Shown in pieces: positions 46,697 to 56,062 of a DNA stretch of 64,000 nucleotides (position 1 is the first letter of the stretch; every line of letters begins with the position of its first letter). The DNA comes from a virus. The stretch covers positions 1-64,000 of the IMG/VR virus record IMGVR_UViG_3300042396_000723; one strand, written 5' to 3'. The notes under the pieces were generated by a model. The model made no database searches, was not told the DNA's origin, and worked only from the letters and a program-made list of their open reading frames with translations. The position numbers and the translations under genes are program-made.

Positions 46697-46915
46697 GGTT
46701 TAGTTGGGTTTTGACCCGTAAGGCGGTTGGCACTGATGTTGTAGTCGGGTGCTGACCGCTTTTGGCTTTGTATCTACAATCTTATAGTAATCTGATTACT
46801 ATGTCAAGGGGTTTCGGAAAAATTCTTGTTACTACACAAAAAGAAGTTTAGGTATTGGCGGCAAGGCTTGTACAGAAAGGCATTTAGCTTATGCGGTTGC
46901 AATCGACAATCACTC

Positions 46916-47248
46916 TCATCGCTTCTGACTAAAGGACTTGATTGTCACGGTAGGGAACAGGTCTCGGATATCAGCACCGAGGGTCTTTAAAACAAAATCC
47001 AATCTTTCACGACTAACAGATGCAACTTTTCCCTGTTCCCATTTGAGGATTGTGTCAAAGGAAACCGTTGGCTCCGTAAGGGTTGCAAGTTTTTTTTGCG
47101 ATATGTTTTTGGCATTTCTTACATCTTGCAATCTAGTCCCAACGTCCTTATCCCAAGCAATTTGGACAATACAGTTATATGGAATCATAATCTCCTCTTC
47201 TTGATCTTTCGGTATAGTATTGACATTACTACCTTTTTGTTCTAACAT
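46916..47248 (-). CDS. HTH (XRE/Cro-CI-type) transcriptional regulator
   Basis: VGTRLQDVRNAKNISQKKLATLT...ILKWEQGK is a classic XRE HTH; start uncertain (track 47401, in-frame ATGs at 47248 and 47188). Confidence 0.5.
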   Translation of the reverse strand: MLEQKGSNVNTIPKDQEEEIMIPYNCIVQIAWDKDVGTRLQDVRNAKNISQKKLATLTEPTVSFDTILKWEQGKVASVSRERLDFVLKTLGADIRDLFPTVTIKSFSQKR

Positions 47249-47465
47249 AGCAATATTGTAGGAATCTGGCAAGACCAAATCACCAGATTCCTGCACCCCC
47301 TGAAACAACAAGCCTTGGATCGGCTTTGTAAATCGTAAGGGGAAAAACCCGAAAAGGAAAATGCCTATGGGATGAAACTGAACGGGCAGATTGTAGAACA
47401 CCTAAATACCAGAGGGAAGATTCAAGCATTCCCTTTGGTTTCCTAAATAATGAAATGAAAAAAAT

Positions 47466-47490
47466 AGCGATAGCGATTGCGATTGCGATT
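47466..47490. repeat. tandem hexamer repeat (GCGATW)x4
   Basis: agcgat agcgat tgcgat tgcgat t between the HTH regulator and the replication module. Confidence 0.8.
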
Positions 47491-47630
47491 TTTGCAGTCA
47501 TAAATTGTTTATTAATTTTCTGTGATGATTCGCAGAAAATCGGGGAAAATTCCCCGTCGGAAGAGCAACCCAAACGGGGAGATGGTCGAAGAAGCTGATC
47601 ATCATTTTCCCTAAAAATTTTGAGGAAAAT

Positions 47631-47909
47631 ATGAAGATTTCAATTTCAGAAGAATTGGATGACATTGGAATGTCCGCCGAAGCATTCCGAGTCTATTTTG
47701 CGATCGTTTGCCATATTGCAAATCACGAGACGTTTCCAACGGTTGATCAAATCACGTCAAAATGTTTTTCCAGACGACGCGCGTCTGGAAAAACGCAGAC
47801 AAGGCTTGCGTTGCGCGAGCTAATTAAGCTCGGTTTAATTAGCGGTGATATCGAAACGGAAAACTATACCTTAGTTCATCCCAGTAAGTGGGAAGTGGGG
47901 GCTGTATGA
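47631..47909 (+). CDS. winged-helix DNA-binding protein (possible replication-module organizer N-domain)
   Basis: 92 aa; helix-rich with a basic wing, first gene of the operon containing dnaB. Confidence 0.4.
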   Translation: MKISISEELDDIGMSAEAFRVYFAIVCHIANHETFPTVDQITSKCFSRRRASGKTQTRLALRELIKLGLISGDIETENYTLVHPSKWEVGAV

Positions 47910-49081
47910 AACCATCTATTCTAGCCGCCTTTGCAGAAGCCGTCCCCTATATCCCCGGACTCAGACAGCAAACAGGGAGCGTAGTAGCCACGATTCTTAT
48001 GATGCAACTTGAGTATCGTTTCGCAAAGTATCCAGACGGGTTTTATAAGTTTTTAGAACCCCCTCAAAACGGACATCAGGACTACAGGCTTGGGGATAGT
48101 TGGGTTGAGGAACTCGCTTTTTCTAAAGAAGAATTTAGGACTGGGTTTGACAAGATTGGAGTCCGTTACAACTCCAAAACCCAGTATGACGAAGCAAAAT
48201 CTAGCGGATCGGAATTTGGTTGTAATTACTACTGTTCTTACGTTGACCGGAGGTCGGGGTTAACTTTCTACTTTCGGAATCACAGCAAGGTAGATGAGCT
48301 AATTTCCGATATCGAACCCAGGCAAAAATCAGTGGGTTTTCGCCCACGGAAAACTAGACCCCAAATGGTAGATCCCAATCTACAGGAAATCGGGAATCCC
48401 AATTTACTGAATATGGTAAATCCCAATTTACCATCATCGGGAATCCCAATTTACCAGAGTGGTGAATCCCAATTTCCTATTCCTTATATAGATATTTCAG
48501 AAAAGACTTCAGAAAAGACTCCAGAAAATACCCCCCTTACCCCCCAAGGGGAATCGGAGGAGGGGGGGATTCAGAACGAAGCCGTTTTGATTTCAAACGA
48601 AGACCAGGGGAAAGAGCTTACCGAGGACTCTGCTACACAGCAAAGTCAAAAAGAGAATCACCGACCTGAACAAAATCTTAATCCGGTGATCAGACATTCC
48701 GCCGCCGTCGAGTCCGATCCTCGATTTCTACCAACGGACGCAACAGCAGACAATATGAAAACTTGGAACGCAATTGTGGCGACCGGAGCCATGAGAGGTG
48801 AGCGATCGCCCGACCCTGAGTTTTTGGAATATTACAGGGGGCTATTAAGCAAATGCACTCATTACAGGGGCAAAGACTGTAATTCAAACCATGCCAAATC
48901 TTCCCTTGCTCAGAAATGGAAATCCGAGCCACTAAAAATCCTTGCCGATGCCGAGTCGTGGTTGAAATCAAAAGCCAAGTTTAGCGGTGGCAAATCAACC
49001 CAGACCCGCAATATCAGCGAACTTTCTAGGGATGAACGCCTCGCCATCCTGAGAGCCAAACGCGAACAAAAAGGAGCCTAA
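47888..49081 (+). CDS. hypothetical protein (replication module)
   Basis: 397-aa ORF; repeated NPNL-like tetrapeptides. Confidence 0.5.
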   Translation: MGSGGCMKPSILAAFAEAVPYIPGLRQQTGSVVATILMMQLEYRFAKYPDGFYKFLEPPQNGHQDYRLGDSWVEELAFSKEEFRTGFDKIGVRYNSKTQYDEAKSSGSEFGCNYYCSYVDRRSGLTFYFRNHSKVDELISDIEPRQKSVGFRPRKTRPQMVDPNLQEIGNPNLLNMVNPNLPSSGIPIYQSGESQFPIPYIDISEKTSEKTPENTPLTPQGESEEGGIQNEAVLISNEDQGKELTEDSATQQSQKENHRPEQNLNPVIRHSAAVESDPRFLPTDATADNMKTWNAIVATGAMRGERSPDPEFLEYYRGLLSKCTHYRGKDCNSNHAKSSLAQKWKSEPLKILADAESWLKSKAKFSGGKSTQTRNISELSRDERLAILRAKREQKGA

Positions 49082-49083
49082 CC

Positions 49084-49671
49084 ATGACCGAGCTTAACGA
49101 TGAAATCTTTGATCAGGGAATTGAAAACCTGAAAGAAAATTTTTCCGACGCGATTTTCACCGAACTCAAATATGAAATTTGGTTCGACAAACTCTCTCAG
49201 GAGTTATCAGCTGAAGAATTTGAGACTGCAATCCGTGAGGCAATTTTCAACCTTAGCAAGTGTCCCACGGGAAAAGAGCTTGTAAGCCTCGTTAAAGAAT
49301 CCGAACGTGAGTTAGTAAGTAACTGTTGGTCAAGATGCCTAGAATCGCTTGCTAAACGCCTCCCGTTGAATAATTTAGACGATGCGAGTCAATATGCAAT
49401 CGTTCAACTCGGAGGGATGTCTCACCTTGGGTCGATTGAAAGTACCCAACTCAACTACCTGAGCAACGATTTCAAGACTCATTGGCAAGCCTACCGAAAA
49501 GCCCCGCGAGAATTTGAGCGTCCCACGCAGGTCATCCCCCGTGAGCAAATCGAGTTCAAGCCCAATGGACTCAAGCCACAGATTTCAGAGGAACAGAAGT
49601 TAAAAAATCAGGAATTTCTAAATAACCTGATCGCCACAAAAATGAATAAAAACTTAAATGGAGCGAAATAA
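49084..49671 (+). CDS. hypothetical protein (replication module, possible helicase loader)
   Basis: 195-aa ORF immediately 5' of dnaB; stop overlaps the dnaB start. Confidence 0.45.
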   Translation: MTELNDEIFDQGIENLKENFSDAIFTELKYEIWFDKLSQELSAEEFETAIREAIFNLSKCPTGKELVSLVKESERELVSNCWSRCLESLAKRLPLNNLDDASQYAIVQLGGMSHLGSIESTQLNYLSNDFKTHWQAYRKAPREFERPTQVIPREQIEFKPNGLKPQISEEQKLKNQEFLNNLIATKMNKNLNGAK

Positions 49672-50987
49672 TGGAAACAATAATCATGCAAAACGTTGAG
49701 GCAGAACAAGCCGTTTTGGGAGCGATTCTCTTAGACCCCGAAGCTATGGGGCGAGTTGCGGAAACGCTAACTGCTAAATCTTTTTCCCTGCGATCGCATC
49801 AAACAATCTACAAAGCAGCTTTAGCATTACATTCCGAGGGAATAACCACGGATTTAATGACCGTCACTACCTGGTTATCCGATCAGAAATTACTTGAAAA
49901 AGCCGGGGGACAATTAGGATTAACCCAATTATTAGACCGCACAGTTTCAGCAGTTAACATTGATCAATACGGGCTGTTAATTGCCGATAAGCAAACTCGA
50001 AGAAACCTAATTGAATCTGCCCATAAAATTATTGAATTGGCAGAAGATACCAGTCAACCTTTAGAGACAATTCTCCAAAAGTCAGAGGAACAAATTGCTA
50101 ATATTTCCCAATCAAAATCACAACAGGATTTAGTTTCGATTGGTGAAACTTTAATTGATACCTTTCAAGAAATTGAAGACCGGAGCGAAAGCAAGATTCC
50201 CCCCGGTGTCCCCTCTGGATTTTATGACCTCGATGCTATGACTGGAGGATTCCAACACACCGACTTAATTATTGTGGCAGGAAGACCTGCAATGGGCAAA
50301 TCGAGTTTGGCTTTAAATTTTGGATATAACATTGCCAAAAAAGGGCTACCCGTCGCGGTCTTCAGTTTAGAAATGTCTAAAGGTCAATTAGTCCAAAGAC
50401 TATTATCGAGCGAAACCAAAATTGAAAGTACCCGCATTCGTTCAGGAAACATTCAGCAAGAGGAATGGGAACCTTTGACAACCGCAATTAGTTCCTTAGC
50501 AGAATTACCGATTTATATTGACGACACCTCGAATATTACCATCACCGAAATGCGTTCTGAAGCTCGAAGATTGCAAGCCGATAACGATGGAAAGTTAGGC
50601 TTAATTCTAATAGATTATCTGCAATTAATGGACGGAGGAAGTGATAATCGGGTGCAAGAATTGTCAAGAATTACACGGGGATTAAAGGGAATGGCAAAAG
50701 ATTTAAACGTTCCTGTAGTTGTCCTGTCTCAGTTGAGTCGTAGCGTCGAACAGCGCACCAATAAACGCCCAATGCTTTCAGACTTGAGAGAATCGGGCTC
50801 AATTGAACAAGACGCGGACTTAGTAATGATGATCTATCGAGATGATTATTATAATCCCAACACTTCGGACGCGGGAATAGCTGAATTAATTTTAGCTAAA
50901 CATCGCAACGGCCCCACCGGAACAGTAAAGCTATTGTTCGATTCTCAATTTACCCAATTTAAAAATTTAGTACGGGGGATGAACTAA
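49671..50987 (+). CDS. dnaB: replicative DNA helicase DnaB
   Basis: N-terminal AEQAVLGAILLDPEA, Walker A AGRPAMGKSSLALN, Walker B LGLILIDYLQLM, RecA-like SQLSRSVEQR and arginine finger region. Confidence 0.9.
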   Translation: METIIMQNVEAEQAVLGAILLDPEAMGRVAETLTAKSFSLRSHQTIYKAALALHSEGITTDLMTVTTWLSDQKLLEKAGGQLGLTQLLDRTVSAVNIDQYGLLIADKQTRRNLIESAHKIIELAEDTSQPLETILQKSEEQIANISQSKSQQDLVSIGETLIDTFQEIEDRSESKIPPGVPSGFYDLDAMTGGFQHTDLIIVAGRPAMGKSSLALNFGYNIAKKGLPVAVFSLEMSKGQLVQRLLSSETKIESTRIRSGNIQQEEWEPLTTAISSLAELPIYIDDTSNITITEMRSEARRLQADNDGKLGLILIDYLQLMDGGSDNRVQELSRITRGLKGMAKDLNVPVVVLSQLSRSVEQRTNKRPMLSDLRESGSIEQDADLVMMIYRDDYYNPNTSDAGIAELILAKHRNGPTGTVKLLFDSQFTQFKNLVRGMN

Positions 50988-51416
50988 ATGGACATACTTG
51001 GTTGGGAAGACTTAGGAAGTATTATCAATTGGTTTTACGAACAGCAGAGACAAGGCAAAACTTCCTTTAAAGTTCAAGAAATGCGCGATAAGTTTAATTT
51101 GAATATTCCAAATTCAAACACCCGAATAAAACGGTTTCTTAAGTTTGGAATCATTAAACCACTAACTTATGGCAGATACGAAATCGAACCACTGTCAGAA
51201 GAAAGAATCCAGGAGATTAAAGACAAAATCATCCCCCCTAATCCCATTTTTAAAACCTATTATTTCAGGGGAAGACAACATACCGTCGAATGGATTTACC
51301 AAAACCAAAACCCCCCGATGACCCTCCAATATTTTGCTCAAAGACTTCAACGGGGTTGGTCACTAAAGAAAGCATTAGAAACACCGACCCGAAAATACAA
51401 AAAAGAGGTTAATTAA
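50988..51416 (+). CDS. hypothetical protein
   Basis: 142-aa ORF. Confidence 0.5.
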   Translation: MDILGWEDLGSIINWFYEQQRQGKTSFKVQEMRDKFNLNIPNSNTRIKRFLKFGIIKPLTYGRYEIEPLSEERIQEIKDKIIPPNPIFKTYYFRGRQHTVEWIYQNQNPPMTLQYFAQRLQRGWSLKKALETPTRKYKKEVN

Positions 51417-51420
51417 CGCC

Positions 51421-51984
51421 ATGACCGCAGCAACCAAGAAGATAATTGAAAGAATCTTAAAAATTGGTGAGTGGGTAGAGATTGACCCACATAAACACCG
51501 CCCATCTTATCTAATAAGAGGTACAGCATGGCGAGTTGAAAGTTTCAATGTATTAAAACAAACCTGTCAAGTAACTAACGAAAAAACCAGATCGGAAACC
51601 CTAGACTTTGAGGAGGTTTCCGACTCATCCCCATTCAAAAAAACAGATATTGTGCAATTAAAAAAGGATAGCCGTTACATCGGACGGGTGATTATGTGCC
51701 GGGGGAATAAAATCAAAATTCAGTGGGCGAAAGGATTGGCAGAATCCTTAGACTCGGACAAGATAAAACTATTTATTCAGATGGTCAAAGGGGAACAAAT
51801 CCCCCTCGGAAATTACGCTTTCCAGAAAGGCGATCATGTCAAAACTACAGACAAGAATTTTGGCAATGTAATCCTCACTGTAAAAGAATGCTTACCCTCT
51901 GGAATGGTGGTGTTGAGTTCATCAAACGATCCTAATTTATTGCTCCCCGGCTGTGGCTTAACAATTGTTGAGGAGGGTTTCTAA
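51421..51984 (+). CDS. hypothetical protein
   Basis: 187-aa ORF. Confidence 0.5.
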   Translation: MTAATKKIIERILKIGEWVEIDPHKHRPSYLIRGTAWRVESFNVLKQTCQVTNEKTRSETLDFEEVSDSSPFKKTDIVQLKKDSRYIGRVIMCRGNKIKIQWAKGLAESLDSDKIKLFIQMVKGEQIPLGNYAFQKGDHVKTTDKNFGNVILTVKECLPSGMVVLSSSNDPNLLLPGCGLTIVEEGF

Positions 51985-53015
51985 TGCCAACATTCGCAAC
52001 ATTATTCATGGGCGGAGGCGGTGCAGATTTGGGGTTAGAGGCCGCAGGGTTTAAGTCTTTATGGGGAATTGAAAGAGATCCTAAAATTGCAGAAGTAGCA
52101 CGATTAAATTTCCCAAATACCAAAGTATTTAATTCTTGCGCAGGAGACATAAACCCCCGCAGTCTTCCCTATGTTGACCTGCTTTGGATGAGTCCCCCGT
52201 GCCAACAGTATTCAAACGCTAGACGGGGTAATTTAGGCGATCACAAAGACAAGGACGCGGGGCTGTACTGTAGCAGTTATATCGCAGCGATTGATCCTCG
52301 ATGGGTAGTTTTAGAAAACGTCCCTGGCTACTCAAAATCACCTGTATTCGAGAAAATCCTACAATCCTTAATTCGCCACGGATATCGCTATCATTGGTTA
52401 ATACTTGACGCGGCGGATCACGGGGTTCCCCAAAACCGGAAACGGTTGATTATGTGGGCAGTTAAAAATGATCAACCTCTCCCCTATTTCCCCGAATCAA
52501 AACCCAAAAAGGGATGGTATCAAGCCATTGCTGACTTAATCCCAGAAATGCAGGACTGTGAGCTTGCAGACTGGCAGATTAAGCGACTAAATGAATTGGG
52601 TTATTTACCAGAAAAAGCCTGGATTGATATTGGGAAACAACTCATTAGACAGGCTACAGTTCGGGAGTCAAACGATCCAAGTTTTACTATTGTGAGTGGT
52701 CATGTTAACTCGCATTCTCCTATCCTGTTAATCCCCCGAGCGGGAGCTTGCATCAAGAATATTCTCCCGACTCCACAGAACAAACCCTGCCCAACAATTC
52801 GAGCTATGAAGGATGTTTCAACCCATTGGGCGGACATCGTGCAGGGAAGCCAAATTAAACGAATTAGTCAGAAAGCGACGGCACGGCTCCAGACTTTCCC
52901 CGACTCCTATCAATTCCCAGAATCCAAAACTTTAAGCCAACAAATAATAGGAAACGCCGTGCCTCCGTTATTGGCTAAAGAATTAGGTCTGGCAATCTTA
53001 AAATCAATTAACTAA
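51984..53015 (+). CDS. DNA (cytosine-5)-methyltransferase
   Basis: Motif I LFMGGGG, motif IV SPPCQQYS (PCQ), motif VI VLENVPG. Confidence 0.85.
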   Translation: MPTFATLFMGGGGADLGLEAAGFKSLWGIERDPKIAEVARLNFPNTKVFNSCAGDINPRSLPYVDLLWMSPPCQQYSNARRGNLGDHKDKDAGLYCSSYIAAIDPRWVVLENVPGYSKSPVFEKILQSLIRHGYRYHWLILDAADHGVPQNRKRLIMWAVKNDQPLPYFPESKPKKGWYQAIADLIPEMQDCELADWQIKRLNELGYLPEKAWIDIGKQLIRQATVRESNDPSFTIVSGHVNSHSPILLIPRAGACIKNILPTPQNKPCPTIRAMKDVSTHWADIVQGSQIKRISQKATARLQTFPDSYQFPESKTLSQQIIGNAVPPLLAKELGLAILKSIN

Positions 53016-53017
53016 CC

Positions 53018-53461
53018 ATGAAAACATCAACTAAAGCCAAAACCAAACCCGCTAAAAAAGGATTTCAACCCGCCCCTAAAATTCATGACAATGACTTACA
53101 TATATTTTCTTGTGAGTGCCTTTGGTATGACTCAGAAACCGACGAGGAACTATTGACCGAATTGTGGACAGTCAAACTCGATAAACGACGGTTTCGGACT
53201 GATGTCAGGCAAGCCATTATTACGGGGTTGATCTATTGCTTTCTTGAAACACCGGAAGCAACGGAACGGCATATTAACAGGGTGTTTTTTTGGAATAATA
53301 AATCCCGTGCCTATGAGCCATTAGGGGCGGTGTCTGACGCGCCGATGGACGGATCTAGTCCGGTTGATTTTGAAGCCGATCCGGTGGTGGCTTATGAGCG
53401 ATTAAAAGCCCTTTGTGTCGAGATCGAAGTTATCAAGGTTGACGATTGCTTTTGCTCTTGA
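53018..53461 (+). CDS. hypothetical protein
   Basis: 147-aa ORF. Confidence 0.5.
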   Translation: MKTSTKAKTKPAKKGFQPAPKIHDNDLHIFSCECLWYDSETDEELLTELWTVKLDKRRFRTDVRQAIITGLIYCFLETPEATERHINRVFFWNNKSRAYEPLGAVSDAPMDGSSPVDFEADPVVAYERLKALCVEIEVIKVDDCFCS

Positions 53462-53469
53462 CCTTTTAA

Positions 53470-53515
53470 AAATACACAAATAAACTTGTTTTTTTTGCGT
53501 TATTTGTGTATAATG
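53470..53515 (+). promoter_or_regulatory. promoter-like element with overlapping inverted repeat (extended -10 TGTGTATAAT)
   Basis: ACACAAATAA...TTATTTGTGT inverted repeat and a TATAAT box about 16 nt after TTGTTT. Confidence 0.4.
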
Positions 53516-53519
53516 AAAA

Positions 53520-53780
53520 CAGTCAAGAATCAAGGTTTACCAATGTAGTTTGTTGGTAAATAGTTAACCAGTCTAAGCTCTTTACTGAGCTACGTTATTG
53601 GGAAGTGTTTAAGTTCATACCTTGGGATGCGTTGCCAGTTCCAAGCTCTATAACTAAGTGATTAAACAGATGTACAGCAATTAAGTCAGCAATACTGCTG
53701 ATACCCTCTTAATAAGCAGCGATTTCCCACAAATCCCCATAATCTGTTATAACTGGTGAGTAGTTATATGAGGTTGTTTT
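53520..53780 (+). ncRNA. candidate structured noncoding RNA or long 5' leader
   Basis: About 260 nt without an ORF downstream of the promoter-like element; hairpins TTTACCAA/TTGGTAAA and CAGCA/TGCTG. Confidence 0.25.
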
Positions 53781-53781
53781 T

Positions 53782-53982
53782 ATGGTAAGACCCCACGAAC
53801 ACAGGCAAGAAATCAAAGCCAGACTCAAACCAGAAGATAGGGAGAAGTTGAAAGCCCTCGTCGTTGGCATGGGTTATCGTTATTGGAGGCAGGAGTCACC
53901 GGAACCCGCATGGACTGAGTTTTTGGAGGCGATCGCAACGGGCGATATAATTCTTTACAAAAAAGTCGGGGGAGGGGGTTGA
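53782..53982 (+). CDS. hypothetical small protein
   Basis: 66-aa ORF. Confidence 0.35.
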   Translation: MVRPHEHRQEIKARLKPEDREKLKALVVGMGYRYWRQESPEPAWTEFLEAIATGDIILYKKVGGGG

Positions 53983-54043
53983 CCTTTTGGGATAAGTGGG
54001 GTACAGTTATAAATGTAGAAGGTTGAAATAAAGGAACAAGACG

Positions 54044-54274
54044 ATGACCACTCAAACCGAGCCAACTAAAATTTACTGCGACCGGAAATTTTCACTTTAC
54101 GACGTAACACCCTGGACAGCCGCAAGGCTGACGAATTTCTTTAACTTGGTTGACGATGGTGAAGACGTGAAACGTGCCGTCAATGGGTTGAAAACCTGGA
54201 AAGGTAGTCAGTCCTACCGCTTGACAATGAGTGACAAAGCTTCGATTGATTACGTTATTGAATGCTACGGTTAA
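54044..54274 (+). CDS. hypothetical protein
   Basis: 76-aa ORF. Confidence 0.45.
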   Translation: MTTQTEPTKIYCDRKFSLYDVTPWTAARLTNFFNLVDDGEDVKRAVNGLKTWKGSQSYRLTMSDKASIDYVIECYG

Positions 54275-54342
54275 AGATTAATTAACCGAGTAAGGTGGCT
54301 GCCCTACTCGGTTCGAAGTCAATCATTTAAGAGGAGTATACC

Positions 54343-54852
54343 ATGTCAAGCAAAAAACAGGTCAAGCAATCTTTAGAACTGACACTAAGTTTAGCCGAAT
54401 CACTAGGGCCATTAACACGGTCAGAAGCTAAAGAGTTTTTTGGATTATTGGGAGAACTCAATAAAGTTTTCAGTAAAGTAGTTGACCCCGATGCTCACGG
54501 CCTAAAACCCGAACCCAGTCCCGAAGTAGTTAAACACCCCATTGATGCCCTACTCAAAAAAGGAAAGGTCGAACTACCAGAGGGACGCTACAAACAACTG
54601 ATTCAGATTCATGACGAGCTTTTAGTCCTCAAGATTAAATTCTTGAGTGCGAAGCAAAATCAGAATGTCACCTGGTTCCCCCTTGAGTGGAACGGGGATA
54701 AGTCAGCCGCGTTGTACTTGTCATCGTCGGAATGGTCTATAGCTCCCATCAAGTACCGAGATGACAACGATTTGACGGGCGAGTGGGAAGGATTTGATCT
54801 TACTGAGTTCATGAGTATGAACTGCCCAGAGTTTGATCAAGACGAATATTGA
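54343..54852 (+). CDS. hypothetical protein
   Basis: 169-aa ORF. Confidence 0.5.
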   Translation: MSSKKQVKQSLELTLSLAESLGPLTRSEAKEFFGLLGELNKVFSKVVDPDAHGLKPEPSPEVVKHPIDALLKKGKVELPEGRYKQLIQIHDELLVLKIKFLSAKQNQNVTWFPLEWNGDKSAALYLSSSEWSIAPIKYRDDNDLTGEWEGFDLTEFMSMNCPEFDQDEY

Positions 54853-54904
54853 TTTCATGGGAGGTCTTACCCTCCCTCCAAGAAGTAAAGCAGGAGAACA
54901 AATT

Positions 54905-55063
54905 ATGCTATATCGCATCACCCGAATCAAAACCGCACCCGACAGAAAAGACCGTCAAGGGTATTATTTAGAAGCCTTGAATGAGTTAGAGGCTTTGACA
55001 AGATTTCATAACCAATTCCCTGAATTTGTAGGGGAAGAATTAGAGTTAGAGGAATGGAATTAA
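54905..55063 (+). CDS. hypothetical small protein
   Basis: In-frame ATG with AGGAG 8 nt upstream; the track's longer form would overlap the previous gene. Confidence 0.4.
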   Translation: MLYRITRIKTAPDRKDRQGYYLEALNELEALTRFHNQFPEFVGEELELEEWN

Positions 55064-55088
55064 AAGACCTCTAATTCAACTTAAAACT

Positions 55089-55118
55089 AACCAGGGGTTT
55101 ATATTCCCTGGTTTTTTG
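55089..55118. terminator. bidirectional intrinsic terminator
   Basis: AACCAGGG/CCCTGGTT stem followed by TTTTT, between converging genes. Confidence 0.7.
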
Positions 55119-55122
55119 CTGT

Positions 55123-55719
55123 TTATCTAATCACAGGGACAGGAATAATCCCCATCAGAATGCCAGATATTTCCTGAAACATTCGCGTAGTTGTTTGCGT
55201 TGCGTCAATTATAATCCAGTTATTTTGCCTAGCCAATTCCAGATATCCGAAGCGAACCCGATCTAAAAAAAGCAAGTCTCGTTCAACCTTGTCCAGAGGT
55301 TTGTCGAGATCGCGGCGCACCGCCACCTCAACAGGACAATCGAACAAAATCACCATATCGGGATCAATTCCCCCCGTCGCCTCGTGATTTAGCTTCCTTA
55401 AATTATCTAAATTAAGCCCGTGCCCATATCCCTGATAGGCAAGTGTTGAATCCGTGTATCGATCACACAATACCAAATCAGAATCTTCTAACAAATATCT
55501 AATCGTGGGATTGTGTTTAATCCTATCCTTCAGGATTAATTTAAGCTGCTGCTCCGGCGTTAAACACCCATTCTTTAATTCAAAACGAACGTCATAATCG
55601 CAGGGTTCTCTTGTGATGTAGAACTTTAACTTTAACGCCGTGAAATGGTCGCAAAGTTTTCTAATTTGGGTTGTTTTCCCACTGCGGTCAATACCTTCAA
55701 AAGCAATCAATTTACTCAT
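55123..55719 (-). CDS. tmk: thymidylate kinase
   Basis: P-loop FEGIDRSGKTTQ, DRY-like LCDRYTDSTLAYQG and lid region; start at ATG overlapping the upstream stop. Confidence 0.8.
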   Translation of the reverse strand: MSKLIAFEGIDRSGKTTQIRKLCDHFTALKLKFYITREPCDYDVRFELKNGCLTPEQQLKLILKDRIKHNPTIRYLLEDSDLVLCDRYTDSTLAYQGYGHGLNLDNLRKLNHEATGGIDPDMVILFDCPVEVAVRRDLDKPLDKVERDLLFLDRVRFGYLELARQNNWIIIDATQTTTRMFQEISGILMGIIPVPVIR

Positions 55720-55880
55720 TTCATCCTCATCCAATTTTTAATCAAATCATCTTTAATCATACCTTGCCTTATTAATTCAATTATATATTCTCTAGCTTCC
55801 TCCAGTGTCAATATATCCACATTACGTTTAATTATCGCAAGTTTAAATTCTTGCTCCATTGTTAGCTGTGTTGGTTCCAT
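55716..55880 (-). CDS. hypothetical small protein (not in ORF track)
   Basis: 54-aa hand-translated ORF whose TGA overlaps the tmk ATG (ATGA). Confidence 0.35.
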   Translation of the reverse strand: MEPTQLTMEQEFKLAIIKRNVDILTLEEAREYIIELIRQGMIKDDLIKNWMRMK

Positions 55881-55912
55881 TTCCGTTGTTATAAGAATAT
55901 CAACACATAGAT

Positions 55913-55976
55913 TATATCAAAAAATATTTTGATTTTTATACCTCTTTAATACAGAATCAAAATATTTTTTTGATTT
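55913..55976. promoter_or_regulatory. pair of palindromic operator-like sites (ATCAAAA-N-TTTTGAT)
   Basis: ATCAAAAAATATTTTGAT and ATCAAAATATTTTTTTGAT about 45 bp apart in the divergent region between the tmk operon and the RHH gene. Confidence 0.4.
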
Positions 55977-56011
55977 ACCTGTTGCCAATTGCTCCTGATG
56001 ATGGATTTAAT

Positions 56012-56040
56012 TTGCCAATGCGTATAGTATAGAAATATAT
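56012..56040 (+). promoter_or_regulatory. sigma70-like promoter
   Basis: TTGCCA-17 nt-TATATA upstream of the 56063 start; shares ATGCGTATAKTATAGAA with the promoter at 56269. Confidence 0.4.
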
Positions 56041-56062
56041 AAATACAGCAGGAGATGGCACA

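Noticed and set aside
46722-46760. Hairpin GCGGT...ACCGC+TTTT as a terminator
   Set aside because: Lies upstream of a minus-strand gene start with no plus-strand gene ending nearby.
47280-47573. Minus-strand ORF 47280-47573 (AIAIAIAI)
   Set aside because: Reading frame created by the GCGATW microsatellite in an intergenic region.
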